Shown here: positions 1 to 10,393 of the stretch, in pieces
Layout of the letters: the number at the start of each line of letters is the position of its first letter
Position numbering within the stretch: position 1 is the first letter of the stretch
Assembly: GCA_001784055.1 (NCBI GenBank)
Contig: MFOZ01000019.1
Coordinates: 18,593-82,592 of the forward strand
Direction: 5' to 3'
DNA from: Candidatus Levybacteria bacterium RIFCSPLOWO2_01_FULL_42_15
Lineage (GTDB): Bacteria; Patescibacteriota; Microgenomatia; Levybacterales; UBA12049
DNA: 64,000 nt
Notes under the pieces: generated by a model
Told to the model about the DNA's origin: nothing
The model's database searches: none
The model's input: only the letters and a program-made list of their open reading frames with translations
Position numbers and translations under genes: made by a program

Positions 1-2
1 TT

Positions 3-605
3 CTGGCCGCAAAAAAACTTGGATATCCAAAAAAGCCTATTATTATAAAGCCCGCCTTTGCAAGTGGCAATCGGGGAGTGTGGTTGATAAAAGAGAATTT
101 TAGTAAAGAACTATTGCATTCACGCGGAATTCCTCGTATCTCAATTGATGAATTTGTCAAGCAAGTTGGAAAACTTAAGCATTTTCCAAAAATAGTTCTT
201 ATGGAATATCTTTCTGGAGATGAATACAGCGTAGACGGATTAGGCGAAAAAGGAAATCCGATTTATGTTATTCCCAGAGTAAGGGTTTCTCCGTTGCCGG
301 GATATTCGCAAGAAGCCCTAATCCATGAAAATAAAGAAGTCAAAGAATATGTAGAACAGATATGCAGGGCATTTGGTTTTGATTCAATATTTAATGTTCA
401 ATTAAAGTATGGCGAAGATGGAAAACCAAAAGTTTACGAGATAAATCCTCGGATTTCAGCAACAGCAGTTGCCAATACTGCAGCAGGAGTTGATCTTTTA
501 CTCTTCAGTATTCTTAAGGAGTTAAAGATTACTTACCCAAAAAATATACAACCCAAGAAAATTCGTATGATACGATTTTGGAAAGAATTTTATACAGATA
601 ATTAA
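3..605 (+). CDS. ATP-grasp domain protein (5'-truncated by window edge)
   Basis: Frame is open from base 3 (LAAKKLGYPKKPIIIKPAFASGNRGV); ATP-grasp motifs IIKP..GxRG, MEYLSGDEYSVD, FNVQ, YEINPR. Confidence 0.85.
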   Translation: MAAKKLGYPKKPIIIKPAFASGNRGVWLIKENFSKELLHSRGIPRISIDEFVKQVGKLKHFPKIVLMEYLSGDEYSVDGLGEKGNPIYVIPRVRVSPLPGYSQEALIHENKEVKEYVEQICRAFGFDSIFNVQLKYGEDGKPKVYEINPRISATAVANTAAGVDLLLFSILKELKITYPKNIQPKKIRMIRFWKEFYTDN

Positions 606-609
606 ATAT

Positions 610-2214
610 ATGCCTCAACATGCAGCAGATCTGTTTTTTGCTATCCTAAAGTCTTATGGAGTAAGGCAAATTTTTGGAATTCCCGGCGACGAATTAGAAA
701 TTTTTGATGCATTAGCCCATAGCGGTATTGAATTTATAACTACAAGGCATGAACAGGCAGCAGCATTTATGGCTGAGGCAGTTGGTAAGGCTTTATCCGA
801 ACCTGCAGTTTGTATATCAACCCTTGGTCCCGGGGCAACAAATCTTGTTACTGGTGTTGCAGACGCATATCAGAATAGAGTTCCCATGTTGGTTCTTTCA
901 GGTCAATTGGAAAGAAAATTCCATAAGAATCATCCGCATGCGCATCAGTATATAAACTTATCTCGGTTATTCGCACCGATAACAAAAGCGACATATACTA
1001 TCTCGAGTATTTCTTCAATGCAAGGAACAATTGATAAGGCTTTACAGATCGCAGGAGAAGGAATACAGGGTCCCGTTCATATTACTCTTCCAATAGATGT
1101 TATGGAACAAGAGGTTCGTGGAGTATTTATAAAGAAAAAAAATCCACAGATAAAACCTAATACAATTAGCCCAAGCTTAATTAATAACTATGCAGAATTA
1201 CTACTCAATTCTTCTTATCCAGTAGCATTTTTAGGAAATAAAGGCAATAACATAGATATATCTTTTAGAAATATACTGCAAAAATCACACATCCCTGTCA
1301 TGACATCTTTTATGGGAAAAGGTAGCTTTTCCGAGAAAGAAAGTATGTCGCTGGGGACAGTTAGTAGACATCTCAATGATCAACTTGCTCAACTTGTAAA
1401 AAAAGCAGATCTTATGTTAGTTGTTGATTATGATTATATTGAAGGTGTACAGCCAAAGATGTTTAAAAATAAGAAGATAATCTACATTAATTCATATTCA
1501 GCGAAAGAGGATGCATTACTTTATCCGGTTTGCGAAATAATAGGACATATAGATTCTGTTACAAAATGTTTAGCACAAGAGATGAAACATATTTCCTATT
1601 CAACAAAGTGGAATGAGGCTGAAATAATTGAAGTAAAGAGAAAACGTTATCAGCAAATACTTAATAGTCAACAGATGAATAGTGTTCCATTTAATCCTTT
1701 TAGGGTAATGCAGGTATTACAACAAATTACCACTGGTGATGAGGTCATGGTGTCCGATGTTGGCAATCATAAGCAAGTATTAGGGTTAGGGTATGATGTT
1801 TGTAAGCCACATCATATTCATTTTTCCAATGGACTATCCAGTATGGGATTTTCATTGCCATTTGCTGCAGGGTTGCGATTTACTCTACCTAATGATAAAA
1901 CAATAATTTCAATTAACGGAGATGGTGGTTTTTTAATGAATGTACAGGAACTGGAAACGATAAGAAGATATAACCTTAATATAAAAATAATCATTTTTGT
2001 TGATAATGCTTTCGGTATGATCAAATCTAATCTTCTTGCAAAATATAAGAGAGTCAAAAATTTAGATTTTACTAATCCGGACTTTCACTATCTAGCAAGA
2101 AGTTTTGATTTTCCTTATTTCACAGTTTCAAAGAAAGGGACGATAAAAAAGATAGTACGCAAATTTTTAAATACAGAAGGAACTGCAATATTAACGATTC
2201 CAGTAAAATATTAA
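610..2214 (+). CDS. Thiamine-diphosphate-dependent enzyme, acetolactate synthase large subunit-like
   Basis: FGIPG, TRHEQAAAFMA, GPGATN, ThDP-binding GDGGFLMN...DNAFGMI. Confidence 0.85.
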   Translation: MPQHAADLFFAILKSYGVRQIFGIPGDELEIFDALAHSGIEFITTRHEQAAAFMAEAVGKALSEPAVCISTLGPGATNLVTGVADAYQNRVPMLVLSGQLERKFHKNHPHAHQYINLSRLFAPITKATYTISSISSMQGTIDKALQIAGEGIQGPVHITLPIDVMEQEVRGVFIKKKNPQIKPNTISPSLINNYAELLLNSSYPVAFLGNKGNNIDISFRNILQKSHIPVMTSFMGKGSFSEKESMSLGTVSRHLNDQLAQLVKKADLMLVVDYDYIEGVQPKMFKNKKIIYINSYSAKEDALLYPVCEIIGHIDSVTKCLAQEMKHISYSTKWNEAEIIEVKRKRYQQILNSQQMNSVPFNPFRVMQVLQQITTGDEVMVSDVGNHKQVLGLGYDVCKPHHIHFSNGLSSMGFSLPFAAGLRFTLPNDKTIISINGDGGFLMNVQELETIRRYNLNIKIIIFVDNAFGMIKSNLLAKYKRVKNLDFTNPDFHYLARSFDFPYFTVSKKGTIKKIVRKFLNTEGTAILTIPVKY

Positions 2215-2256
2215 TTGTAATGCCTCGCAAGCAAATTGCAAGAGCGCACAAGTTAT

Positions 2257-2940
2257 ATGCTTAAAGTGGTTGCTTTTGATCTTGATGACACACTGTATCC
2301 AGAAGACCTTTATGTACAAGGTGGTTTGCATGCAGTTGCCTCCTATATAGAGCACACATTCAAAATTAATCGTAATCTTATTTACAAACAATTACTTGCC
2401 GCAAAAGATAAGAATCCAAGAGACAAGGTTTTTGATACGGTACTATCTAAATATAACTTCTATAATTCCTTTATTACCGAAGATTTGATTCGAAAGTACC
2501 GATCTCAAGCGTTGTCCATTACATTATATCCGGGTGTTAAAAAATTACTGGATTCTCTTAAAAAGAAGTATGTTCTTGCTCTTATAACTGATGGGTTAAC
2601 TGTTGTGCAGATGAAAAAAATAAAACATCTTAAAATAGACACATATTTTAATTACATATATTGTACTCAAGATGAAGGAGTTCAAGAAGGAAAACCGGAT
2701 ACTAAATTTTTCCAAAAACTGCTTGATGATGCTTCTATATCATCGCTAGAGGCAATTTATATTGGCAATGATCCCCAGAAAGATTTTCTTGGGCCAAAGA
2801 AGTTAGGAATAAGAACGATTCGCGTATTGCAAGGGAGATATGGAGGAGAAGAAGTGATATCTGGGGCGGAGCCCACTTTTACGATACAAAAGATTAAAAA
2901 TGTAGAAAAACTGCTTAACGATATTAAAAATGAGGACTAG
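2257..2940 (+). CDS. HAD-superfamily hydrolase
   Basis: FDLDDTLY motif I, ITDG, KP, YIGNDPQKD; ATG at 2257 preferred over upstream TTG. Confidence 0.85.
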   Translation: MLKVVAFDLDDTLYPEDLYVQGGLHAVASYIEHTFKINRNLIYKQLLAAKDKNPRDKVFDTVLSKYNFYNSFITEDLIRKYRSQALSITLYPGVKKLLDSLKKKYVLALITDGLTVVQMKKIKHLKIDTYFNYIYCTQDEGVQEGKPDTKFFQKLLDDASISSLEAIYIGNDPQKDFLGPKKLGIRTIRVLQGRYGGEEVISGAEPTFTIQKIKNVEKLLNDIKNED

Positions 2941-2963
2941 GAAGAAAATAATAGTACAGAAAA

Positions 2964-3845
2964 TTATATGTAGTCTTTTTCAATGAGGTAGTTTTTGAGT
3001 CCAATGTGCCAATCAGGCATTATATTTAGATTTAGATTTTTAAGGTTCTCATTTCCTAGAACGGAATAAAGTGGCCGTTTGGCCGGCGTATAATATTCTT
3101 TTGAAGTAATAGGTATAAGATGCACCTTTGTATTTGTAATTTTAAAAATTTCCTTGGCAAATGTATACCATGAGCATTCTCCAAGTGCAGAAGCATGATA
3201 GATGCCATAGCTGTCGGTTTTTATGAGTTTATGTATTTGTTTGGCTAAATCAACTGTATAGGTGGGTGCCAAAAACTGATCATTAACTACTCGTACATTC
3301 ATCTTCTCGTGTGCGAATTTTAACATTGTTTCAACAAAGTTTCCACCTTTTAACGAAGAGCCTTTAAGACCAAAAAGACCGCTTGATCGCAAGATAAAAT
3401 ATTTTTTACATATATATCTTGTAAAATATTCGCCCGTGAGCTTGGATAAACCATAGACGTTTAAAGGGCCTGGCGAATCAGTTTCTTTATAGGGAGTAGT
3501 TTTCTTTCTATCCAAGCCAAAGACATAATCAGTGCTGATGTAAACGAGCACACTATTTTGTTGCGAGCAATATTCTGCAAGATTTTTCTGGGCAAAAGCA
3601 TTTATAAGGAATGCTTTTTCAAGATTAGTTTCGCAATCATTAACTCGATGGTAGGCAGCAGTATTAATTACGATATCTGGTTTAATGCGATTAATGACCT
3701 GATTTATTGTATTCTTATCCACAATATCAATATCCTTGTGAGTCAAAGGGAAAAGCTGTATATCGGAGTCTTTGCTAAAAACCTTTATCAAATCAGTTCC
3801 AAGCTGTCCATTTGCTCCAATAACAGCGATGCGTAATTTACTCAT
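2964..3845 (-). CDS. rfbD: dTDP-4-dehydrorhamnose reductase
   Basis: GANGQLG, YISTDYVF, YGLSK, VNDQ, PAKRP motifs. Confidence 0.9.
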   Translation of the reverse strand: MSKLRIAVIGANGQLGTDLIKVFSKDSDIQLFPLTHKDIDIVDKNTINQVINRIKPDIVINTAAYHRVNDCETNLEKAFLINAFAQKNLAEYCSQQNSVLVYISTDYVFGLDRKKTTPYKETDSPGPLNVYGLSKLTGEYFTRYICKKYFILRSSGLFGLKGSSLKGGNFVETMLKFAHEKMNVRVVNDQFLAPTYTVDLAKQIHKLIKTDSYGIYHASALGECSWYTFAKEIFKITNTKVHLIPITSKEYYTPAKRPLYSVLGNENLKNLNLNIMPDWHIGLKNYLIEKDYI

Positions 3846-4398
3846 GTTTTTTTAAGACTTTAGCGGGAACACCTCCTACTACGGTATTTGCTGGAACATC
3901 TTTTACAACCACAGCATTTGCACCTATTATGGCATTATCACCAATAACGACGTCTCCAATAACTTTTGCTCCTGTACATATTGTTACATTTTTCCCAATT
4001 TTGGCACCTATAGATCCCGGATAAACATTTGTTCCCACCATTAAAGGACCAAAAAGAGTAAGATTCTCTCCTGATGAGGCTGTATGCGTAATAATAATTC
4101 CTCGATAATGTAAATAAAAACCTTTTCCAATTATAACACGTGGATGAATATGAATGTCAAAAATGAAATAATTTATATAGAAATAGATTGGATATAAGAC
4201 ATATCCTAAATATCGAATAATGAAGAATTCATGGTTGTATAGATATTGCTCGATCCGGTACATGCAGATAAAAAGCATATTTGGATTATGAAATAAAATA
4301 GCAAATTTGAGAAAAATGTTTTTTTGTTTTTTGCCTAGATCGTGGGCATAGAAGAATCTTTTCCAGTCAGCGGCAATAACAGAAAATACTAAAATCAT
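3838..4398 (-). CDS. Serine O-acetyltransferase-like hexapeptide acyltransferase (glycan O-acetylation)
   Basis: Left-handed beta-helix repeats, IGANAVVVKDVP..VVGGVPAK. Confidence 0.8.
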   Translation of the reverse strand: MILVFSVIAADWKRFFYAHDLGKKQKNIFLKFAILFHNPNMLFICMYRIEQYLYNHEFFIIRYLGYVLYPIYFYINYFIFDIHIHPRVIIGKGFYLHYRGIIITHTASSGENLTLFGPLMVGTNVYPGSIGAKIGKNVTICTGAKVIGDVVIGDNAIIGANAVVVKDVPANTVVGGVPAKVLKKHE

Positions 4399-4413
4399 AG
4401 ATAGTCCTTTTCG

Positions 4414-5361
4414 TCAAGGTAATTTCTTAACCAAATCAATAATTGTTTCTTCAATTGTTATCTTTGGCGTAAATCCAAGCACATTTTTTGCTTTTGTGGT
4501 TATTATTCGATAAGATCGATCTTTTCTATCGTCTTGTTCAAAAATGATTTTTGGATGTATGGAAAAATGTTTCACCATGGTCTCTTGTACTAACGAAGTA
4601 ATATCTCGAACTCGAAAATTACCGAATCCAATATTGAATATTTGTCGTGCTATATTTTGTTTTGGTGCGGTTAGTGTCTTGTAATATGCTCTAGCTACGT
4701 CGTCAATGTTTATCAGCGGCCTCCACTGAAAACCTTTACAATAGACTCGAATATATCCATTTTTAAGTACACTTCTTACCATAGCATTGACAACAAGATC
4801 AAAGCGCATATTTGGTGAATAACCCAAAACAGTCGCCTTTCTAAAAATAACAACACAAAAATTTTTATCTGCTAACTCTAGAAGTTTTATTTCAGCGTTA
4901 TGTTTTGAAGTGGCATAATGTCCTAACGGGGTTATAGATTCTTGTTCGTTTTTGGGACCATCTTCTTTATCTATACCTTTATCGTATAAGGACGAGCTCG
5001 ATGCAAAAATAAAGCGCTTAACATTCAATTCTTTTGCCTTTTGTGCAAGAGCAATAGTAGCAAGTGTATTTACCTTTTTTGTTTCGTTTGGATCTTTATC
5101 AGAAGATGTTTCATTAGAAAACGCTGCTAAATGTATAATTGCAAAGATATTCTTAAGTAGCATAGGTTCTATTTTCCTAATGTCGTTTTGTATATATTCA
5201 AATTTTTTTTTGCATTGTCGAGGAATTGGTCCGGTAAAAGGGAGAATGTCGATTACGCGTACAGATAAGCCTTTTTTTAACAAATAGCTTACTAAAATTG
5301 ATCCGACGTATCCAGATCCACCGGTAATAAGAATCTTTTGTTGAGCTTGTGAAGTCTTCAC
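4414..5361 (-). CDS. NAD-dependent epimerase/dehydratase (extended SDR)
   Basis: ITGGSGYVG, HLAA, YATSK catalytic motif, RFDLVVN. Confidence 0.85.
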   Translation of the reverse strand: MKTSQAQQKILITGGSGYVGSILVSYLLKKGLSVRVIDILPFTGPIPRQCKKKFEYIQNDIRKIEPMLLKNIFAIIHLAAFSNETSSDKDPNETKKVNTLATIALAQKAKELNVKRFIFASSSSLYDKGIDKEDGPKNEQESITPLGHYATSKHNAEIKLLELADKNFCVVIFRKATVLGYSPNMRFDLVVNAMVRSVLKNGYIRVYCKGFQWRPLINIDDVARAYYKTLTAPKQNIARQIFNIGFGNFRVRDITSLVQETMVKHFSIHPKIIFEQDDRKDRSYRIITTKAKNVLGFTPKITIEETIIDLVKKLP

Positions 5362-6575
5362 TGTGATATGGGATTTAGAGTAACTTTTGGAACATAGAGA
5401 ATAGCGTTATCGTGATACTTTTTACCTCGCAATTCTTTAATTTTCTTAACAATTTCTTTATAAAAATTCCACGACATAATAATAATATGAAGATTTCCTT
5501 TTTCTTTTTGTAAGAGTTCGGGAGACTCTATTGAGATATTTCTTCCCGGAGTAACAAATCCCCATTTTAGAGGATTGTCATCGACGATGTATTCTAGATT
5601 GAGCTTAAAATAATTAAGCATAGTATTTCCTTTAGCAGATGCTCCATATCCAATAACTCTCTCTCCCCTTTTTTTAAAATCCGAAACGAGTTTACGAAGG
5701 TTATTTCGATTTTCTGCTACATTTTTGGCAAAGCGTTTGTAGGTTTGGATATCAAACAACCCACTTTCTTTCTCTTTTTGTATTAATGTAGTAACTTTGT
5801 CTGAATGAGAACTGATGCCCTTTTTTAGGAAGAAACGAATACTACCGCCATGAATAGGAGTTTGGATTAAATCAACAATGTGGAATCTCGAACGTGAAGC
5901 AAGCATAGCAAAAGAGTTGATCAGGAAATATGAAAGATGTTCGTGGTAGACCGTATCGAACTCATTAGATTTAATCATATTATTGCCGTAGGGAAACTCA
6001 AGTATCAAAATACCATCATCTTCCAAAGCCAAGAAACAAGCGAAAAGGAATCTATCAATTCGATCGACATGAGCAAATACATTGGTTCCCGTAATAAGAT
6101 TAAATTTCTTTCCAAGTTTTTTAGCTACTTTTTTGCTCCAGTAGTCAACAATTACAGAAATATTTTTCTTAATAGTAATTTCTCGTAAGTTTCCTGCCGG
6201 ATCAACTCCATACACATCGCACCCCAGTTCTTTAAAAAATTCCAATTGCGTTCCATCGTTGCAAGCAATGTCCAATACTCGTATTTTTTTCTTTTTCACT
6301 CGGGCTACAGCGTCTTTTGCCAACTCTTTACAATGATTTTGGAAGGTTTCTGTTGTTCCGCTGACATAGAGGTAGTTTTTAAACATTAATGCCGGTTTTA
6401 TTACGACACTAAGCATGCTATGGAAGCAGTTTTGGCATAATAATACTTCAAGAGGATATTCTTGCAATTTTTCCTCCTTTTTATGATAGCTATTCGCAAG
6501 TGGCTGCTTACCCAAATTGAGATATAAGAACAAGTTTTTTGCTCCGCAGCAGCGGCACCTTGTGGCTTTTTTCAT
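5358..6575 (-). CDS. NDP-hexose C-methyltransferase (Zn-binding, SAM-dependent)
   Basis: N-terminal CRCC...QPLAN...CQNC, DIACNDG, NVFAH, YHEHLSYF, HGGS, GYGASAKG. Confidence 0.85.
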   Translation of the reverse strand: MKKATRCRCCGAKNLFLYLNLGKQPLANSYHKKEEKLQEYPLEVLLCQNCFHSMLSVVIKPALMFKNYLYVSGTTETFQNHCKELAKDAVARVKKKKIRVLDIACNDGTQLEFFKELGCDVYGVDPAGNLREITIKKNISVIVDYWSKKVAKKLGKKFNLITGTNVFAHVDRIDRFLFACFLALEDDGILILEFPYGNNMIKSNEFDTVYHEHLSYFLINSFAMLASRSRFHIVDLIQTPIHGGSIRFFLKKGISSHSDKVTTLIQKEKESGLFDIQTYKRFAKNVAENRNNLRKLVSDFKKRGERVIGYGASAKGNTMLNYFKLNLEYIVDDNPLKWGFVTPGRNISIESPELLQKEKGNLHIIIMSWNFYKEIVKKIKELRGKKYHDNAILYVPKVTLNPISQ

Positions 6576-7129
6576 ACGAAAGCTGGATTTTTTTGATATT
6601 CTGCAAAGGTCATACCGCCTCGATCTCTTGTTGAGAGGATTGGATCATTAAATGGCCAGGTGATGGCGAGGTTTTTATCATTCCATAACAATATTTTCTC
6701 GGATAAAGGTGTATAAAATCCTGTGAACTTATATAGTAATTCAGCGGTATCACTAAGGACGGCAAATCCAAAGGCAAACCCAACAGGAACGAAGAGTTGT
6801 TTTTTATTTTCCGCAGATAACTCAATGGTAAACCATTTTCCAAATGTTGGCGATTTTATTTGTAGATCAACAGCGACACAAAATGCTTTTCCATAGATGC
6901 ATCGGATGAGTTTGGTAACAGGAGCTTCCATATTTTGAAAATGGAGACCGCGAAGAACTTTGTATTTTGATCTGGAATGAACTTCCTGGACAAATGTAAG
7001 GTCAAGACCGGCTTTTTGAAAATCACGTTTATGCCAAGACTCAATCAGAAATCCCCGTTCATCTTGAAAGTAGTCGATTTCTATGACAATTAAATCTTTC
7101 AAAGGAGTTTCTATAAGCCTCGTTTTCAT
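6572..7129 (-). CDS. rfbC: dTDP-4-dehydrorhamnose 3,5-epimerase
   Basis: DERGF, VLRGLHFQ, SPTFGKW, FVPVGFAFGF; start reassigned to ATG 7129 (MKTRLI) to avoid overlapping the divergent GT. Confidence 0.85.
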   Translation of the reverse strand: MKTRLIETPLKDLIVIEIDYFQDERGFLIESWHKRDFQKAGLDLTFVQEVHSRSKYKVLRGLHFQNMEAPVTKLIRCIYGKAFCVAVDLQIKSPTFGKWFTIELSAENKKQLFVPVGFAFGFAVLSDTAELLYKFTGFYTPLSEKILLWNDKNLAITWPFNDPILSTRDRGGMTFAEYQKNPAFV

Positions 7130-7178
7130 CCTGTCAATTCTCCCATATCGCTTCTTATGATACAATATCTTGGAATTT

Positions 7179-8180
7179 ATGGCAAAATCATCGGATAATC
7201 CTTTAGTGTCAATTATTATTCCTTTGCACTGGGGCTTGAAACCGGAAAATTTTCCCCGGTTTCTCACTGATTTAAAAAAATACGACAAGCTCAAATACCA
7301 ACACTACGAGATTCTTGTTGTGACAGATAAGCCAATTGTTCCTGTTATCACAGGAAAGAAGGTTCGTTGTCTCGTAATGAATATAAATCATCCAACTACT
7401 GGGACAGAAAAACGTGATTTTGCTCTGCCTTTTGTAAAAGGCGAGATCTGCGCTTTTATAGATGATGATGCATATCCTGATTCCAACTGGCTTACCAATG
7501 CGATTCCTTGGTTTAAATACGAGAGAATCGTAGCGGTTGGTGGTCCAGGAGTTACTCCTCTTGAAGATTCGTTCTGGCAAAAGATAGGAGGATATGCTAT
7601 TGAGTCATATTTTTGTAGCGGCAATATTCAATACCGTTTTTATCCCACATTTGAACGCTTCAGTAAAGATCAACCTGGATATAATTTGTTGGTTCGGACA
7701 TCTGTTTTAAAGAAAGTAAAAGGATGGGGAACAACATTCTACGGAGGGGAAGATACAGTTCTTTGTATAAAATTATTAAAGTTTGGAAAAATTCTTCATG
7801 ACCCTAATATTATTGTATATCACCATCGTCGAACATTTCCTTTTGGACATCTAAAACAAATTGGTAGTGTAGGATTACATAGGGGATACTTTTTTAAGAA
7901 GTATCCGCAGACCTCGCGAGGCACTTTCTATCTTCTGCCAACGATTTTAACACTGGGATTTATAAGCGGAATTGTATTAGTAGTGCGTTTTCCTCAATTA
8001 TTTGCTTTGCCATTTGTCTTAGTATTTTTATTTTTTCTTTTACTTGGTACAATCTCGGTCTACCGACATAAAGTCGATATTACGAGTTCTCTCATAGCAA
8101 GCATTGCTATTATGATGACACATATGTCATATGGCGTTTTTTTTGTAAAAGGTTTATTAACGCACCACTTAAATAAGTAA
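7179..8180 (+). CDS. GT2 glycosyltransferase with C-terminal membrane helices
   Basis: VSIIIP, AFIDDDA, GED, hydrophobic C-terminus. Confidence 0.85.
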   Translation: MAKSSDNPLVSIIIPLHWGLKPENFPRFLTDLKKYDKLKYQHYEILVVTDKPIVPVITGKKVRCLVMNINHPTTGTEKRDFALPFVKGEICAFIDDDAYPDSNWLTNAIPWFKYERIVAVGGPGVTPLEDSFWQKIGGYAIESYFCSGNIQYRFYPTFERFSKDQPGYNLLVRTSVLKKVKGWGTTFYGGEDTVLCIKLLKFGKILHDPNIIVYHHRRTFPFGHLKQIGSVGLHRGYFFKKYPQTSRGTFYLLPTILTLGFISGIVLVVRFPQLFALPFVLVFLFFLLLGTISVYRHKVDITSSLIASIAIMMTHMSYGVFFVKGLLTHHLNK

Positions 8181-8187
8181 GGGAAGT

Positions 8188-9204
8188 ATGCATCTGCCAA
8201 AGATTACATGTTGTGTTAGGACGTATAATGAGGAAAAACGTATTGCAGAATGTTTAAGAGGTATATTTGGCCAAAATTATCCTAGACAACTTTTGGAAGT
8301 AATCCTCGTAGATGATATTTCCACAGATAAAACAATCGCAATTGCAGAAAATTTTCCTGTAAAAATCTTAATCAATGAGACTGGCAATGCCGAGATATCA
8401 TTGATTAGAGGTTTTAAAGAATCAACTGGCACATTTTTTACAGTTGTTGATGCGGATATGTTCTTTCGGGGAAAAAATTGGTTCCAAAAAATGCTAAAAC
8501 CTCTCTTAGAAAACCCTGATATATCAGCCGCATTTACGGGATATTATTCCCATAAAAGAAACTCACTCATTACAAAATATTTGAATCTCGATTCGATCCA
8601 GCGAGACTTAGTGTATCAAATTTTTTCTCCAGGATTTAATGAAGTAATTAATGAGAAGAAAAACGGTTATTACGTTTGTCAATACTCTGTCAATAAAATT
8701 CCACCGCAGGTTCATGGTCTTTATAGAAGTTCTATTTTAAAAAAAATACTCGTTAATGAGATAGATTATCATGATATGATAAAGCTCGTGATCTTAGTTG
8801 ATAAAGGATATAAAAAATTTGCCTATGTTCCTCAGGCAGGATATTACCATTTCCATGTTGATTCTTTATTACATCTGGGGAAAAAACGAATTCGAAACAT
8901 AAAAGAGAGATATCTAGATTTTTATACAAATAAGAATCATTACAAATGGTTTGATGCATCAGATTCTGCTCGTATTAAAAGAACGTTTTTCCTTATCCTT
9001 GCTACATACTTGATATTGCCATTATGTTTGTTTTCACTGTCTAGAGCGTTAATACGGAGAAACCTACTCTATCTTCTTGAACCTGCAGTAACTTTTGTTA
9101 TCGTAAGTGCAATATTATACGCATTTTTATCAGATAAAAGAGGTAGAAAATTTATCATTCTTCAATTTGCTAAAATAGTACATCTACCTAAAGGAAAATC
9201 CTAA
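8188..9204 (+). CDS. GT2 glycosyltransferase with C-terminal membrane helices
   Basis: TYNEE, LVDDISTD, VDAD motif. Confidence 0.8.
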   Translation: MHLPKITCCVRTYNEEKRIAECLRGIFGQNYPRQLLEVILVDDISTDKTIAIAENFPVKILINETGNAEISLIRGFKESTGTFFTVVDADMFFRGKNWFQKMLKPLLENPDISAAFTGYYSHKRNSLITKYLNLDSIQRDLVYQIFSPGFNEVINEKKNGYYVCQYSVNKIPPQVHGLYRSSILKKILVNEIDYHDMIKLVILVDKGYKKFAYVPQAGYYHFHVDSLLHLGKKRIRNIKERYLDFYTNKNHYKWFDASDSARIKRTFFLILATYLILPLCLFSLSRALIRRNLLYLLEPAVTFVIVSAILYAFLSDKRGRKFIILQFAKIVHLPKGKS

Positions 9205-9205
9205 C

Positions 9206-10381
9206 ATGATAGAGCAGGCTGTAATTTTGGCGGGCGGTCAGGGAAAAAGATTTCGTCCCCTCACATTGACTACTCCAAAGCCAATGATATTATTCCATGG
9301 AAAGCCTTTTTTTGCATACATTATAGAAATGCTTAAAAAAAACGGCATTAAAGAAGTAATTATTTTGACAGGTTATTTGCATGAAAAAATAGAGGATTAT
9401 TTTAAAGATGGACAAGAATTTGGTTTAAAAATAAAATATTCTTTTAGTCCAGTCGATGATGAAACAGGAACAAGAGTTAGAAAAGCAAAAAATTTAATTG
9501 CTGACACATTTCTTCTTTTGTATGGAGATAATTATTGGCCATTACAGTTGGATGAGCTTTTTAGGTTTTACAAAAAAATGAATACACAAGGATTAGTTAC
9601 GGTATACTCAAACATCGATAACTATACGAAAAACAACACTTTTGTTAACGATAAAGGACTGGTTGAGGTTTATGATAAAAGCCGACGAGCATCAGGATTG
9701 AACGGAGTAGATGTCGGATTTTTTATTTTGAGAAAAAGTATTTTAAAAAGTTTTCCGGAAGATAATTTCTCGTTTGAAAAAGTAATTCTGCCGAAAATGA
9801 TCGCGGAAAAACAACTTGCTGGATTCTTAACCTGCCATAAGTATTATGGATTAAGTAATTTAGAAAGAATACCGGTTATTGAAGAATTTTTTAAGCCAAA
9901 AAAAGTTATCTTGCTTGATAGGGACGGAGTAATTAATAAAAAACCTCCAAAAGCGGAATATATAAAAAATTGGAGCGAATTTAAATTTTTGCCGGGAGCA
10001 ATTGATGCGCTAAAGCTATTAACTAAGAAGGGATACCGAATTATTCTTATCTCCAATCAGGCGGGAATCGGAAGAGGAGCAATGACAGAAGAAGACCTTA
10101 AGAAAATTCATAAAAAGTTTTTGGAAGTATGCAGAAAAGAAGGAATTAATCTTACCGGAATTTATCACTGTCCCCATAATTGGGATGAGGGATGTTTTTG
10201 CAGGAAGCCAAAACCAGGCATGTTGTTTAAGGCGGCAGCTGATCATAATTTCGATCTAACAAAAACAATTTTCATCGGAGATGATGAGCGCGACGAGCAA
10301 GCAGGAAAAGCCGCTAATTGCAAAACTATATCATTGCACCAAGGACAAAATTTATTAGTTATTGTAAAAACTTTAGCGTAA
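9206..10381 (+). CDS. Fused heptose-1-phosphate nucleotidyltransferase (HddC-like) / D,D-heptose 1,7-bisphosphate phosphatase (GmhB)
   Basis: N-terminal LAGGQGKRFRP..PKPM; C-terminal LDRDGVIN, SNQAG, CPH..CFCRKPKPGM, IGD. Confidence 0.88.
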   Translation: MIEQAVILAGGQGKRFRPLTLTTPKPMILFHGKPFFAYIIEMLKKNGIKEVIILTGYLHEKIEDYFKDGQEFGLKIKYSFSPVDDETGTRVRKAKNLIADTFLLLYGDNYWPLQLDELFRFYKKMNTQGLVTVYSNIDNYTKNNTFVNDKGLVEVYDKSRRASGLNGVDVGFFILRKSILKSFPEDNFSFEKVILPKMIAEKQLAGFLTCHKYYGLSNLERIPVIEEFFKPKKVILLDRDGVINKKPPKAEYIKNWSEFKFLPGAIDALKLLTKKGYRIILISNQAGIGRGAMTEEDLKKIHKKFLEVCRKEGINLTGIYHCPHNWDEGCFCRKPKPGMLFKAAADHNFDLTKTIFIGDDERDEQAGKAANCKTISLHQGQNLLVIVKTLA

Positions 10382-10393
10382 AATGTTTTTATT

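Noticed and set aside
2222-2240. GCCTCGCAAGCAAA resembling the start of the 50-bp element
   Set aside because: Match is too short and gapped, with no hairpin core or heptamer flanks
7130-7294. Long N-terminal extension of rfbC overlapping the divergent GT2
   Set aside because: Homology starts at MKTRLI (7129); the extension is the antisense of the GT2 start
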